DNA of 64,000 bases, taken from Planctomycetota bacterium. GTDB taxonomy: Bacteria > Planctomycetota > UBA1135 > UBA2386. Position 1 is the stretch's first letter; every line of letters begins with the position of its first letter. A program made the translations under genes and the position numbers. This document shows, in pieces, positions 37,921-47,624 of this stretch. The DNA lies in contig JACRLW010000115.1 of assembly GCA_016235155.1 (NCBI GenBank), positions 17,115 to 81,114 of the forward strand. Reading direction: 5' to 3'. The notes beneath the pieces are model-generated. The model was not told where the DNA came from and did no database searches. It saw only the letters and a program-made list of their open reading frames with translations.

Positions 37921-40900
37921 GTGCTCGCGCTCCTCGTCGCTCTGGTCGTTTTGGCTTCACCCCAGGACCACGGCCTGCGCGCGGGAGTCGGACGCGTCGA
38001 CGTCACGCCGGAGCCGCCGATCCGCCTCGCCGGGTACGCGTCGCGCACGAGCGAGGCCGGAGCGGTCGAACAGCGCTTGTTCGCGAAAGCGCTCGCTCTC
38101 GCGCAGGGCGACGGCAAGCCGGTGATCGTCGTCACCCTCGACTCGACCGGCATCACGGCGGCGATCCGCGAGCGCGTTGTCGACGCGCTGCGCGAGACCG
38201 GCGTCGCAGGAGAGCGCATCGCGATGTGCGTCACGCACTCGCACAACGCTCCGATGTTGACGGGCACGATCCCGAACATGTTCGGGATGCCGGTGCCCGC
38301 CGATCAGCAGGCGCGGATCGACGCGCACACCGCGCGCGTCGTCGACGGCATGGCGCGCGCCATGCGCGAAGCGCTCGCGGATCTGCGCCCGGCGCTCGTC
38401 GACCATGCCCGCGGTCGCGCGGGCTTCGCGCGCAATCGGCGTACGGCCGGTGGTCCCGTCGATCACGACGTGCCGCTGCTCCGGGTCCGCGGCGCCGACG
38501 GTTCGCTCCGCGCGCTGCTCGTGCTCTACGCGTGCCACTGCACCACGCTCGGCGGCGACAGCAACATGGTCTGCGGCGACTGGGCCGGCTACGCGCAGCA
38601 AGCAGTCGAGGAGGTCCACGACGGCTGCATCGCGATGTGCGCGATCGGCTGCGGCGCGGACGCCAATCCCGAGCCCCGCGGCAACCTCGCGCTCGCGCAG
38701 CAACACGGGCGCACGCTCGCGGGCGAGATCGAGCGGCTGCTGCGCGGCCCGTTCCTGCCGATCCACGGTCCGATCGACGCGCGGTTCGACTCGATCGACC
38801 TGGCGTTCGCGAGAACGCCGTCGCGCGAGGAACTGCTGGCGCGCGTCGCCCAGGGCGGCGGCACCGGCTACCACGCGCGCGTGCAACTCGCGCGGCTCGA
38901 TCGCGGCGAGGCGCTGCGCACCTCGCTGCCGATGCCGGTGCAGAGCTTCGTGCTGGGCGACGAACTGGCGATGGTCTTCCTCGGCGGCGAGGTCGTCGTC
39001 GACTACTCGCTCCGCCTGCGTCGCGAGTTCGATCGCGATCGTCTGTGGGTCGTCGGTTACGCGAACGACGTGTCCGCGTACATCCCGAGCGAGCGCATCC
39101 TGCGCGAAGGCGGCTACGAGGGCGGCGGCGCGATGATCTGGTACGACCAGCCGACGGCATTCGCGCCGGGACTCGAGGAGCGGATCGTCGCGCGCGTGCA
39201 TGCGCAGGTGCCGGACACCTTCGTCCCGTACGGCGGGCTCGACCCGACGCGCACCGAAGAGGTCCCCGCGCGCAGCCCCGAGCGCGCACGCGCGAGCCTG
39301 CAGGTGCGCGACGGCTTGCGCGTCGAACTGGCTGCGTGCGAACCAGCGATCGAGTCGCCGGCGGCGATCGACTTCGCGGCCGACGGCAGCGTGCTGGTCT
39401 GCGAGATGCGCGACTACCCGACGGTCGGCGGCGTCACCGGGCGCGTCACGCGCCTGCGCGATCGCGACGGCGACGGCCGCTACGAGACCGTCGAGCGCTT
39501 CTTGGACGACGTGAAGCTGCCGAGCGGCGTGTTGGCCCACGGCACCGGGGCGTACGTCTGCGCGGGCCCCGACGTGTTGCTCGCCGAGGACCGCGACGGC
39601 GACGGCAGGGCGGAGACGCGCACGGTCGTGCTCACCGGCTTCGCCGACCACAACGAGCAGGCTCTCGTGAACAGCCCGACGCGCGCGCTCGACGGTCGGA
39701 TCGTCTTCGCGTGCGGGCTGTTCGGCGGAGTCGTCGGCGACCCGGCGCGCACCGAGCGCGTCGACGTGCGGGGCCACGACTTCGCATGGGATCCGGCGAG
39801 CGGCGCGATCGAAATCCTCACCGGTCAGACGCAGCAAGGCCGGACGCGCAACGACTTCGACGAGTGGTTCGGCTGCGACAGCGGCACGCTCGCCTGGCAC
39901 TACGCGCTCGACGCGCGCGACGTCGCGCGCAATCCGCACCACGCGGCGCGCACCGCGCGCATGCCGGTCGCGGTCGGCGACGACCCGAATCGCATGTTCG
40001 CGATCAGCGCGCCGATCGCCCGCTACAACGACCTCCAACTCGCCGGGCGCACGACGTCGGCGTGCGGTCTCGGTGTGCTGCGCGATCCGCTGCTCGGCGA
40101 CGATCTTCTCGACGACCTGTTCGTCTGCGAACCGGTGGCGAACGCGGTGCGACGCCTGGATCTCGTGCGCGAGGGCCACGACTACCGCGGCGCGCGCGCA
40201 CCCGGGGAGGAGGCCCGCGAGTTCCTGGCCTCGACGGATCCGTGGTTCCGGCCGGTGCAGGCGCTGACCGGACCCGACGGTGCTCTGTGGGTCGTCGACA
40301 TGGCGCGCTTCCTCATCGAGCACCCGCGGTGGGTCCCGCAGGACCGGCTCGACGCGATCGACGCGCGCGCCGGCGATCGGCTCGGCCGCATCTGGCGCGT
40401 GGTGCCGCGCGACCGCACGACGCGATCCGTGCCCGATCTCACGCCGCTCGACACGAAGGCCCTCGCCGAGCAGATCAAGAGTCCCAACGGCACGGTCCGT
40501 GATCTCGCGCACGAGCTGCTGCGGCATCGCCCCGGCGACGAGGTGATGGCCGCGCTCCGTTCGCTCGACCTGAAGAGCACCTCGTCGCACACGCTCGCGC
40601 CGCTGCTCGCGCTGTTCGAGTCGACCGGTCGCATCGAGATGCGCGACGTGATCGCGGCGATGGTCCAGGACGATCCACGCGTGCGCCGCTACGGCCTGCG
40701 CCTCGCGCGGCGACGGCTCGAGAAGGAGCCGATCCTCGGCGACGCGATCTATGCGCTGGTCGACGACGAGGACGTCATGGTGCGCGCCGAAGCGGCGATC
40801 GCGCTCGGCGACTGGGAGCACGAGCGTGGCGGCGAGGCACTCGCGCACTTCCTGTCGCGCGCCGATCCGAACGACGCACGGCTGGTCGACGCGGTGCTGT

Positions 40901-42450
40901 CGTCGGCGTTGCCGCATCTCGGCGCCTTGATCGACGCGGTGCTCGAGTTCGACGAACCGCGCCGCACGGGTTGGCTCGATCCGCTGCTCCCCTGCCTCGT
41001 GGCGCAGGACGAGCGCGGCCTCGCGCGCGACGTGGTGAAGGCGTTGTGGCGTCCCGGTGCCGCCGTCGATCGCCTGCAGCGGTTGCGCGTCGCGCTCGCG
41101 CTCGCGCCGTTGCTCGCCGGCGACGCCGCGCTCGCGGCGGCGGCCACGGACGCGCGCAGCGCCTTGACGGATGCGAACGCCCCCGCCGAGTGCCGCATCG
41201 CCGCGGCGGAGCTGCTCGGCGCCGTCGACGGTCCGGGCGACGGCGAGCTGCTGATCGCGGCACTCGCCGACGACGCGGACGAGTCGCTCCAGCAAGCGGC
41301 GCTGCGCGGTCTGTCGCGCGCGCGCCGCGACGTGACCCCGCGGCTGCTCGATCGGTGGGTCGACGCGTCCCCGGCGCTGCGCGACTCGCTGTTCGATCTT
41401 CTGGTGCGCAACGCGAACGGCGCGCTCGCGCTGCTCGAGCGTGCGTCGGCGGACCGCAGCTTCGCGGCGGGTCTGTCGGCGGCGCGGCAGCAGGTGCTGC
41501 GCGTGCATGACGACGAGTCGGTCCGACGACGCGCGACGGAAGTCCTCGCGAGACCGTCGCCGCGGGCGGAGGTCGTCGTGCGCTACCGCGAGGTCGAGAC
41601 CCTGCACGGCGACGTCGGCCGTGGGCGTGACGTCTTCGCGCGCGCCTGCGCGACCTGCCATCTGCTCGACGGCGTCGGCCGCGCGATCGGCCCGGACCTC
41701 GCCGCGCTCAGTGATCGCTCCACCGGCTTCTTGCTCGACGCGATCCTCGATCCGAACAAGGGCGTGCGCGATGACTTCACGATGTTCGCGATCACCACCC
41801 ACGACGCGATCAGCTACTACGGGCGCATCGCGACGAGCGACGCGACGCACGTCACGATCGTCGGCGTCGACGGCGTGCAGCACGTGCTCGCGCGCGCGGC
41901 GCTGCGATCGCAGCGGAACACCGGGCTCTCGCTGATGCCCGAGGGCCTCGAGACGCAGCTCGACCTCGCCGCGATGTCCGACCTGTTCGCCTTCCTGCGG
42001 CAGGAGCGTCGCGTGCGCCGCGAGTTCCCCGGCAACACGCCGGCCGTGATCGCTCCCGCCGCCGACGGTTCGCTCGCGCTGCTCGCCACGAACTGCGAGA
42101 TCTTCGGGACCTCGATCGTGCTCGAGCCCGAGTTCATGAACCTCGGCTACTGGCACTCGGCGGGCGACGAGGCGGTGTGGACCGTCGAACTCGCCACGGC
42201 CGGTCGCTTCACCGTCGAGCTCGATTGCGCCTGCGCGCCTGACTCCGCCGGCAACGCCTTCGTGCTCGAAGGCGGCGCCGCCCCGCTTCGCGGCACGATC
42301 GCGAGCACGGGCGGATGGAGTCGCTACGTCACGGTCGCCCTCGGCGAACTCGAACTGCCCGCCGGCCGCAGCCGCCTCACGGTTCGTCCGACGGGTGAGT
42401 TGCGCGGGGCGTTGATGGACCTGCGGGGGCTTCGGTTGGTGACGAGGTAG
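37921..42450 (+). CDS. Fusion protein: neutral/alkaline ceramidase-like N-domain + PVC-type heme-binding CxxCH (beta-propeller, HEAT repeats, cytochrome c) + C-terminal carbohydrate-binding-like domain
   Basis: Ceramidase-like: GVGRVDVTPEPPIRLAGY...CVTHSHNAP. PVC-type: LRVELAACEPAIESPAAIDFAADGSVLVCEMRDYP...DRDGDGRYE...DRDGDGRAE. HEAT-like: MVRAEAAIALGDWE. Heme site: CATCHLLDGVG. GTG start with signal-like LALLVALVVLA. Confidence 0.75.
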   Translation: MLALLVALVVLASPQDHGLRAGVGRVDVTPEPPIRLAGYASRTSEAGAVEQRLFAKALALAQGDGKPVIVVTLDSTGITAAIRERVVDALRETGVAGERIAMCVTHSHNAPMLTGTIPNMFGMPVPADQQARIDAHTARVVDGMARAMREALADLRPALVDHARGRAGFARNRRTAGGPVDHDVPLLRVRGADGSLRALLVLYACHCTTLGGDSNMVCGDWAGYAQQAVEEVHDGCIAMCAIGCGADANPEPRGNLALAQQHGRTLAGEIERLLRGPFLPIHGPIDARFDSIDLAFARTPSREELLARVAQGGGTGYHARVQLARLDRGEALRTSLPMPVQSFVLGDELAMVFLGGEVVVDYSLRLRREFDRDRLWVVGYANDVSAYIPSERILREGGYEGGGAMIWYDQPTAFAPGLEERIVARVHAQVPDTFVPYGGLDPTRTEEVPARSPERARASLQVRDGLRVELAACEPAIESPAAIDFAADGSVLVCEMRDYPTVGGVTGRVTRLRDRDGDGRYETVERFLDDVKLPSGVLAHGTGAYVCAGPDVLLAEDRDGDGRAETRTVVLTGFADHNEQALVNSPTRALDGRIVFACGLFGGVVGDPARTERVDVRGHDFAWDPASGAIEILTGQTQQGRTRNDFDEWFGCDSGTLAWHYALDARDVARNPHHAARTARMPVAVGDDPNRMFAISAPIARYNDLQLAGRTTSACGLGVLRDPLLGDDLLDDLFVCEPVANAVRRLDLVREGHDYRGARAPGEEAREFLASTDPWFRPVQALTGPDGALWVVDMARFLIEHPRWVPQDRLDAIDARAGDRLGRIWRVVPRDRTTRSVPDLTPLDTKALAEQIKSPNGTVRDLAHELLRHRPGDEVMAALRSLDLKSTSSHTLAPLLALFESTGRIEMRDVIAAMVQDDPRVRRYGLRLARRRLEKEPILGDAIYALVDDEDVMVRAEAAIALGDWEHERGGEALAHFLSRADPNDARLVDAVLSSALPHLGALIDAVLEFDEPRRTGWLDPLLPCLVAQDERGLARDVVKALWRPGAAVDRLQRLRVALALAPLLAGDAALAAAATDARSALTDANAPAECRIAAAELLGAVDGPGDGELLIAALADDADESLQQAALRGLSRARRDVTPRLLDRWVDASPALRDSLFDLLVRNANGALALLERASADRSFAAGLSAARQQVLRVHDDESVRRRATEVLARPSPRAEVVVRYREVETLHGDVGRGRDVFARACATCHLLDGVGRAIGPDLAALSDRSTGFLLDAILDPNKGVRDDFTMFAITTHDAISYYGRIATSDATHVTIVGVDGVQHVLARAALRSQRNTGLSLMPEGLETQLDLAAMSDLFAFLRQERRVRREFPGNTPAVIAPAADGSLALLATNCEIFGTSIVLEPEFMNLGYWHSAGDEAVWTVELATAGRFTVELDCACAPDSAGNAFVLEGGAAPLRGTIASTGGWSRYVTVALGELELPAGRSRLTVRPTGELRGALMDLRGLRLVTR

Positions 42451-42458
42451 GTCAGTTC

Positions 42459-42507
42459 TGATACCTAACTTGGCTGAAGGTATCAAAACTCAGCTGTTTT
42501 TGATACT
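42459..42507. promoter_or_regulatory. Inverted repeat TGATACCT (42459-42466) / AGGTATCA (42478-42485) plus a third half-site TGATACTT (42500-42507), in the AT-rich gap before the Fic gene
   Basis: Read directly. It could be an operator or the terminator hairpin of the preceding gene. No clean T-tract follows the hairpin. Confidence 0.35.
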
Positions 42508-42535
42508 TTCCGTCGCCTCATCGCCCCAATCCCGC

Positions 42536-43696
42536 ATGGACCCCAAGACCTTCGGTCCGAGCAGCCCGGGGCGGCTCGTCGAGATCGGCGGCGGAACGCA
42601 AGCGTTCGTCCCCCACGCGCCACCTCGCGGCCTGTCGCTCGGCGCGCGCGCCAGCCGCAGCCTGGGTGAGGCCCGAGCCGCGCTCGGCGCGGTCGACGAG
42701 GGCGCCCGGGCGCTTCCTCGCCACGACCTGCTCTTCCGTCCCTTCCAGAAGCGCGAGGCCATCCTCTCGAGCCGCATCGAAGGCACGCGGACGACGCTCG
42801 ACGAGTCCTTCGTCGGCGACGCGACCGACGCTGCGGTCGACGCCGACGCGCGCGAAGTGCGCAACTACGAAACGGCGATGCAGCTCGGACTCGTCGAACT
42901 GCGCAAGGGTCGCCCGCTCTCGGTGTTCGTGGTGCGCGACCTGCACCGCGAACTCCTCTCCGGCGTCCGCGGCGAGTCGAAGCAGCCCGGCGAGTTCCGC
43001 GATCGTCAGGTGTGGATCGGATCAGCCGGAAGGGGGATCGAAGCTGCGGTGTTCGTGCCGCCGCCGCCGTCGCACGTGGGGCCGTGCCTCGACGAGCTCG
43101 ATGCCTACCTCCGCGGCCCCCGCGACGACGACCCGCTCGTGCGCGCCGCGATCGCGCACTGGCACTTCGAGACCGTCCACCCCTTCCTCGACGGCAACGG
43201 TCGCGTCGGCCGCCTGCTGATCGTTCTGCAGGGTCTCGCCGAGGGGGTGATGGAACAGCCCTGGCTCTACGTCTCGCCCGCGATCGAGCGACGGCGCGAC
43301 GAGTACTACGACGGCCTCGACCTCGTCCGTCGCACCGGCGACTTCGAGAGTTGGATCGTCTACTTCGCCGAGATCGTCGCGAGCGCCTCGCGCGAGACCC
43401 TCGATCGACTTCGCCGACTGCACACGCTCGACGTCGAGTTCCGTGCCCGGCTCGTCGCCTTGCGGTCCCCAGGCCCGCTCAAACTGCTTCCGCATCTCTT
43501 CGCGAATCCGTACGTGACGGTCGCGACGACGCGCCGTCACCTCGGCGTGGCGACGGCGCGGAGCGCGCAACTCGCGATCACCCACCTGATCGACCAAGGC
43601 ATCCTCGAACCGGTGGAGGAGCGGCGGCGCGGCGCGCGCGGCCGGCCTGCGACGCTCTATCGCTGTCGCGCTCTGCTCGACGTCTTGCGCGAGTAG
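42536..43696 (+). CDS. Fic family protein (class II: N-terminal inhibitory SxxxEG helix, Fic core, C-terminal winged-helix)
   Basis: Fic motif HPFLDGNGRVGRLLI. Inhibitory motif SSRIEGT upstream. ATG 42536 (MDPKTFG) is preferred over the track start 42470, which lies in the AT-rich leader. Confidence 0.85.
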   Translation: MDPKTFGPSSPGRLVEIGGGTQAFVPHAPPRGLSLGARASRSLGEARAALGAVDEGARALPRHDLLFRPFQKREAILSSRIEGTRTTLDESFVGDATDAAVDADAREVRNYETAMQLGLVELRKGRPLSVFVVRDLHRELLSGVRGESKQPGEFRDRQVWIGSAGRGIEAAVFVPPPPSHVGPCLDELDAYLRGPRDDDPLVRAAIAHWHFETVHPFLDGNGRVGRLLIVLQGLAEGVMEQPWLYVSPAIERRRDEYYDGLDLVRRTGDFESWIVYFAEIVASASRETLDRLRRLHTLDVEFRARLVALRSPGPLKLLPHLFANPYVTVATTRRHLGVATARSAQLAITHLIDQGILEPVEERRRGARGRPATLYRCRALLDVLRE

Positions 43697-43771
43697 GTGC
43701 CGGTACGCGCAACGGACCCCGTCGCGCAGGCGCGCGCCGAGGTCCGCTTCGCATCGATCGCGATCGCCGTC

Positions 43772-44563
43772 TCAGCGGATCGTGATCACCTTGTCGTTGC
43801 TCAGCCGCGGCTCCTGCGTCGAGAGCGCGAGCGACTGGAAGACCAGGGTCGCTCCGGAGAGCGAGGTGTCCGGCGGGATCGGCAGCGGCAGCTGGCACAT
43901 CCCGAACTGACCGAGCGGGGCCGGCGCGAGCGGGAGGATCAGGACCGGGTTCATGTAGAGGCATCCGAAGCCGGGGACGTGCACGCCGTTGGGCAGCGCG
44001 AACGGGCTGCACAGCACGATGTCCTGGCCGCCGATGTCGCCAGCGTTGGTGACGCCGAGCTGGTAGGTCGTGCCGATCGCGGCGACGGCTTCACCCGCGA
44101 GGAAGTTGCGGTGCTCGCCGTTGAACGCGAACTGGGTCTGCACGCCGCCCTGGATCAGGACGTTGCGGCCGGCCCAGAACGTCGCGGTCTGACGGCCCTC
44201 GATGCAGCGCGGGTTGCACTCCGTCGTGATGCAGAAACCCGCCAGGCACTGCCCGGGCTGCAACTGGTTCATCACCTGGGTCACGCTCCAGCAGACCTGG
44301 TTGGTCGCGGCGTTCACCGTGCCGGTCCAGCCGGCGGGCGACTGGATCGAGTCGGCGTCGAGCTCGCCGACCCCGCAGGAGAAGTCGACGCAGAACTTCG
44401 CGATCGGCAGCACGCAGCCGGCCGGATTGCAGATCTCGTAGCAGTAGGTCATGGTCGAACAGAACCAGCCGCGGTTGAACGTGGTGGTCTGCTTGATCGT
44501 CGGCTGGCACTGGGCGGAGAGCGCGGCGGTCAGGAGGAGGGCGGTCAGGGCGGAGCGGAACAT
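43772..44563 (-). CDS. Secreted Cys-rich hypothetical protein
   Basis: Signal MFRSALTALLLTAALSAQ. Many Cys residues (CQP, FCSTMTYCYEICNPAGC...). The C-terminal ~90 aa resemble the C-terminus of the Kelch protein at 46133-47521. Confidence 0.6.
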   Translation of the reverse strand: MFRSALTALLLTAALSAQCQPTIKQTTTFNRGWFCSTMTYCYEICNPAGCVLPIAKFCVDFSCGVGELDADSIQSPAGWTGTVNAATNQVCWSVTQVMNQLQPGQCLAGFCITTECNPRCIEGRQTATFWAGRNVLIQGGVQTQFAFNGEHRNFLAGEAVAAIGTTYQLGVTNAGDIGGQDIVLCSPFALPNGVHVPGFGCLYMNPVLILPLAPAPLGQFGMCQLPLPIPPDTSLSGATLVFQSLALSTQEPRLSNDKVITIR

Positions 44564-44709
44564 GGTCTTGGCCTCGTCGGTGTCGGGGGGGTTGTTGGTC
44601 GGACAACCCCTGGACCGAGAGCGACGGTTCTCAGCGGAACGACAATCGCGGGAATCTCCAAGGGACCCCTGGCCCTGGCCGGGCCGCTCGGATTTGCGAG
44701 GGGCACTGA

Positions 44710-46073
44710 GTGATCTTGCTCAACGTCTCGAGTAATCCGTCGAAGCCCTTCCGCCGCAGCCAGGCGGCGATCCTGCGCGAGCGGCTCGCCGAGCCGCGCC
44801 GCTTCATCCAGGTCGTCGCCGGGCCCAGGCAGGTCGGCAAGACGACGCTCGTCTCGTCGGTCGTGGCGGAGATCGACGTGCCGGTGCACTTCGTCTCCGC
44901 GGACGAACCCACCCTGCGCGGACCCGCCTGGCTCGCGCAGCAGTGGGAGACGGCGCGCGCCGCCGACACCGGCCGGGGCGTGGTGCTCGTCGTCGACGAG
45001 ATCCAGAAGGTCGAGCGTTGGTCCGAGACGACCAAGCAGCTCTGGGACGAGGACGGCAGGAAGCGCCGCCGCCTGAAGGTCGTGGTCCTCGGCTCCGCTC
45101 CGCTCCTGATCCAGCATCGACTCGCCGAGAGCCTCGCCGGCCGCTTCGAAGTGCTGCACCTTCCCATCGCGGCCGAGGCCGCAACCCATCCGGGTTGCCG
45201 GCGTCGGCGCTGGCGCGCCGACCGAGAAGGCCTCGACCGCTCTCCTTGCTGGGGCCCTTCGTCCTCCGAATCCTCGCGTCCCGCGAGGATTCTCCGGACT
45301 TCGGACCCAACTGGTCCTTCGCGGAGATGCGCGACGCCTTCGGTTGGTCGCTCGAGCGGTTCGTCTTCTTCGGCGCGTATCCGGGTGCTGCCCCGCTCGT
45401 CGACGACGAAGCGCGCTGGCGCCGTTACGTGCGCGACTCGCTGATCGAGACGTCGATCTCGCGCGACGTGCTGCTGCTGAGTCGCGTCGACAAGCCCGCT
45501 TTGTTGCGGCGCCTCTTCGAACTCGCGTGCCGCTACTCGGGACAGATCCTGTCCTACACCAAGCTGCTCGGGCAGCTCACTGACGCCGGCAACACGACGA
45601 CGCTCACCCACTACCTCGACCTGCTCGCCGCAGCGGGCATGGTCACGGCGCTGCCGCGCTTCTCCGGCAGCGCGGTGCGACAACGCGGCTCGATCCCGAA
45701 GCTTCAGGTGCTGAACAACGCGCTGCTCAGCGTGATGTCGGACCACACGTTCGACGACGCTCTCGCCGATCGCACGCACTGGGGACGTCTCGTCGAGTCC
45801 GCCGTCGGCGCACATCTCGCCAACGCCGCCGCCGGCGGGGAACTCGAACTCTCCTACTGGCGCGACCGCAACCACGAGGTCGACTTCGTCGTACGCGCGC
45901 GACGATCGGTCGCCGCGATCGAGGTCAAGAGCGGACGGGAGCGCGACGCGAGAGCCGGGATGGACGCCTTCGCGGCACAGCACCACCCGCAGAAGTCGCT
46001 CCTGGTGGGCGGCGACGGCATCCCGCTCGCCGACTTCCTCGCGAGGCCGGCGAGTTCGATGTTCGCGAGTTGA
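44710..46073 (+). pseudogene. AAA ATPase (AAA_14 + DUF4143 type) interrupted by a 143-bp insertion
   Basis: N-terminal part, frame 1: VVAGPRQVGKTTLV, VLVVDEIQKV, ...LAGRFEVLHLP (ends 45165). C-terminal part, frame 3, from 45309: NWSFAEMRDAFGWSLERFVFFGAYPGAAPLV...EVDFVV...AIEVKSG. The two parts join seamlessly (LHLP|NWSFAEM) once 45166-45308 is removed. Confidence 0.75.
45166..45308 (+). mobile_element. 143-bp hairpin-rich insertion (MITE/REP-like) inside the ATPase gene
   Basis: Four consecutive stem-loops read directly: GCGGCC-GA-GGCCGC (45169-45182); GCAACCC-ATCC-GGGTTGC (45181-45198); GTCGGCGC-TGGC-GCGCCGAC (45203-45222); GAATCCTCGCG-TCC-CGCGAGGATTC (45268-45292). The length is not a multiple of 3. 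Confidence 0.55.
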
Positions 46074-46132
46074 ACCCCGTTCTCAGGGCACGATCGCCGC
46101 GAGAGCGACCGCGAGGCCCTCGACGTCTGCCC

Positions 46133-47521
46133 TCACCGCGCCCCGATCCGCGCTTCGCCGGCGTTGGACACGACGGCTCCGCCCGGGTTCGCGGTCGGGT
46201 CGAAGGCGAGCGCCTGCACGTGGAAGAAACCACCGACGAGGTCGACGTCCGTCGGGAGCACGAGCTCGCAACGACCCCAGTTCCCCGCGACGGTCACGCC
46301 GAGCGTCGTCGCCGGCGCGATGTGGAGCAGGCACCCGGTCATGCCGAGCAGGTCGAGCGGGATCGGCAGCGGCACGCCGCCGAGCGTCGTGCGATCGAAA
46401 CCGATCAGCATCACGCACGGGAACACCGGCTGGATGCCGTCGACGCTCATCGTGAAGCGTTCGCCACGCCAGGGCAGGCTGCCGAACGCGGCGTCGAGCA
46501 CGGGCATGCCTCCGACTCCGCAGCCGCTGCCGAAGCGCGTGAACGTCGCCGGGTCCGCGAGGAAGTACTCCCACGTGTCGGCGAAGTGGATCGCGTCGAG
46601 GTCCTCGCCGCCGAAGAGGACGACGCGCCGGCGAAGGCTGTCGTACGCCATCGCGTGCTCGTAGCGCGCCGCGGGCCCCGTCGGTCCGGTCGTCCAGTCG
46701 ACGCCGTCCCACTCGAGCGTGCCGCCGCGCAGCGCAGAGTCGCTGCGTCCGGCGAACATCACCGCGCGGCCGCGCGAGGCGTCGAAGGCCATCGCATGAC
46801 CGCGCCGCTCACTCGGCGGATTCGCGGGCGTGGAACGCGTCCAGTCCGCTCCGTCCCAGACCCAGGTGTCGTCGTGCTCCGTGCCGGAGTTGTCGGAGCC
46901 GCCGAACAGGAGGACGCGTCCGTCCCAGGACATCGCGTGGTTGGCGAGACCGGGCGGGGAGTGCGCCGGCGCCGCCTGCTGCCACGCCGTGCCATTCCAG
47001 GTCCAGGTCTCCGCGCGCTCCGTCGAACCGATCGAGCCGCCGAACAGGACGACGACGCGGCGCCCGGCGTCGAACGCCATCGCGTGCGATTGGCGCGCGT
47101 CGGGCGCGACGGGAGTCACGCGCTGCGACCAATCCGTGCCGTCCCATTCCCAGGTGTCGTTGACCTGCCCGGCGTTGGTGGCGCCGCCGAAGAGGACGAC
47201 GCAACGCCGCACCGGGTCGTAGGCCAACGCGTGACCGGTGCGCGCGAGCGGCGAGTGCGCCGGGGTCTTCCGCTGCCACTCGACGCCGCCCCACACCCAG
47301 GTGTCGGCGAGGCGCGTCCCGTCGGCATGGATGCCGCCGAAGAGCACGCACACCCCGCGGCTCTCGTCGAAGGCCATGGCGTGTGCGATGCGCGCGCCGG
47401 GGTCCGCGGCCGGGCGCACCTCACGCCAGACCACGCGCTGCGCGAGCGCGACGGATCCGCTCAGGGCGAGCGCACAGAGGCCGAGGAAGGCAGAACAGGA
47501 CGCAGTTGCTCGACGGACCAT
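46133..47521 (-). CDS. Secreted Kelch-repeat protein
   Basis: ATG 47521 gives the signal MVRRATASCSAFLGLCALALSGSVALA. There are at least 5 repeats of the type VLFGG....ND(T)W.WDG..W.....P.....HAMA.D. The track ORF extends to 47833. Confidence 0.8.
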   Translation of the reverse strand: MVRRATASCSAFLGLCALALSGSVALAQRVVWREVRPAADPGARIAHAMAFDESRGVCVLFGGIHADGTRLADTWVWGGVEWQRKTPAHSPLARTGHALAYDPVRRCVVLFGGATNAGQVNDTWEWDGTDWSQRVTPVAPDARQSHAMAFDAGRRVVVLFGGSIGSTERAETWTWNGTAWQQAAPAHSPPGLANHAMSWDGRVLLFGGSDNSGTEHDDTWVWDGADWTRSTPANPPSERRGHAMAFDASRGRAVMFAGRSDSALRGGTLEWDGVDWTTGPTGPAARYEHAMAYDSLRRRVVLFGGEDLDAIHFADTWEYFLADPATFTRFGSGCGVGGMPVLDAAFGSLPWRGERFTMSVDGIQPVFPCVMLIGFDRTTLGGVPLPIPLDLLGMTGCLLHIAPATTLGVTVAGNWGRCELVLPTDVDLVGGFFHVQALAFDPTANPGGAVVSNAGEARIGAR

Positions 47522-47624
47522 CTTGCCGACTCCGGCGAGGCCGTTCGCTTGCGGGCCGAATCCTGCACGTGACGACCGCGCCGCGGCGAACAACGCCCGG
47601 ACGCGTGAGCTTCTTGCGAGCGTG

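Noticed and set aside
37957-42486. Minus-strand ORF of 1509 aa, exactly mirroring the 1509-aa plus-strand gene
   Set aside because: The translation is Arg/Ala/Gly/Asp-rich low-complexity sequence with no motifs, while the plus strand carries ceramidase, PVC-heme and CxxCH motifs. Long open antisense frames are expected at ~70% GC because stop codons are AT-rich.
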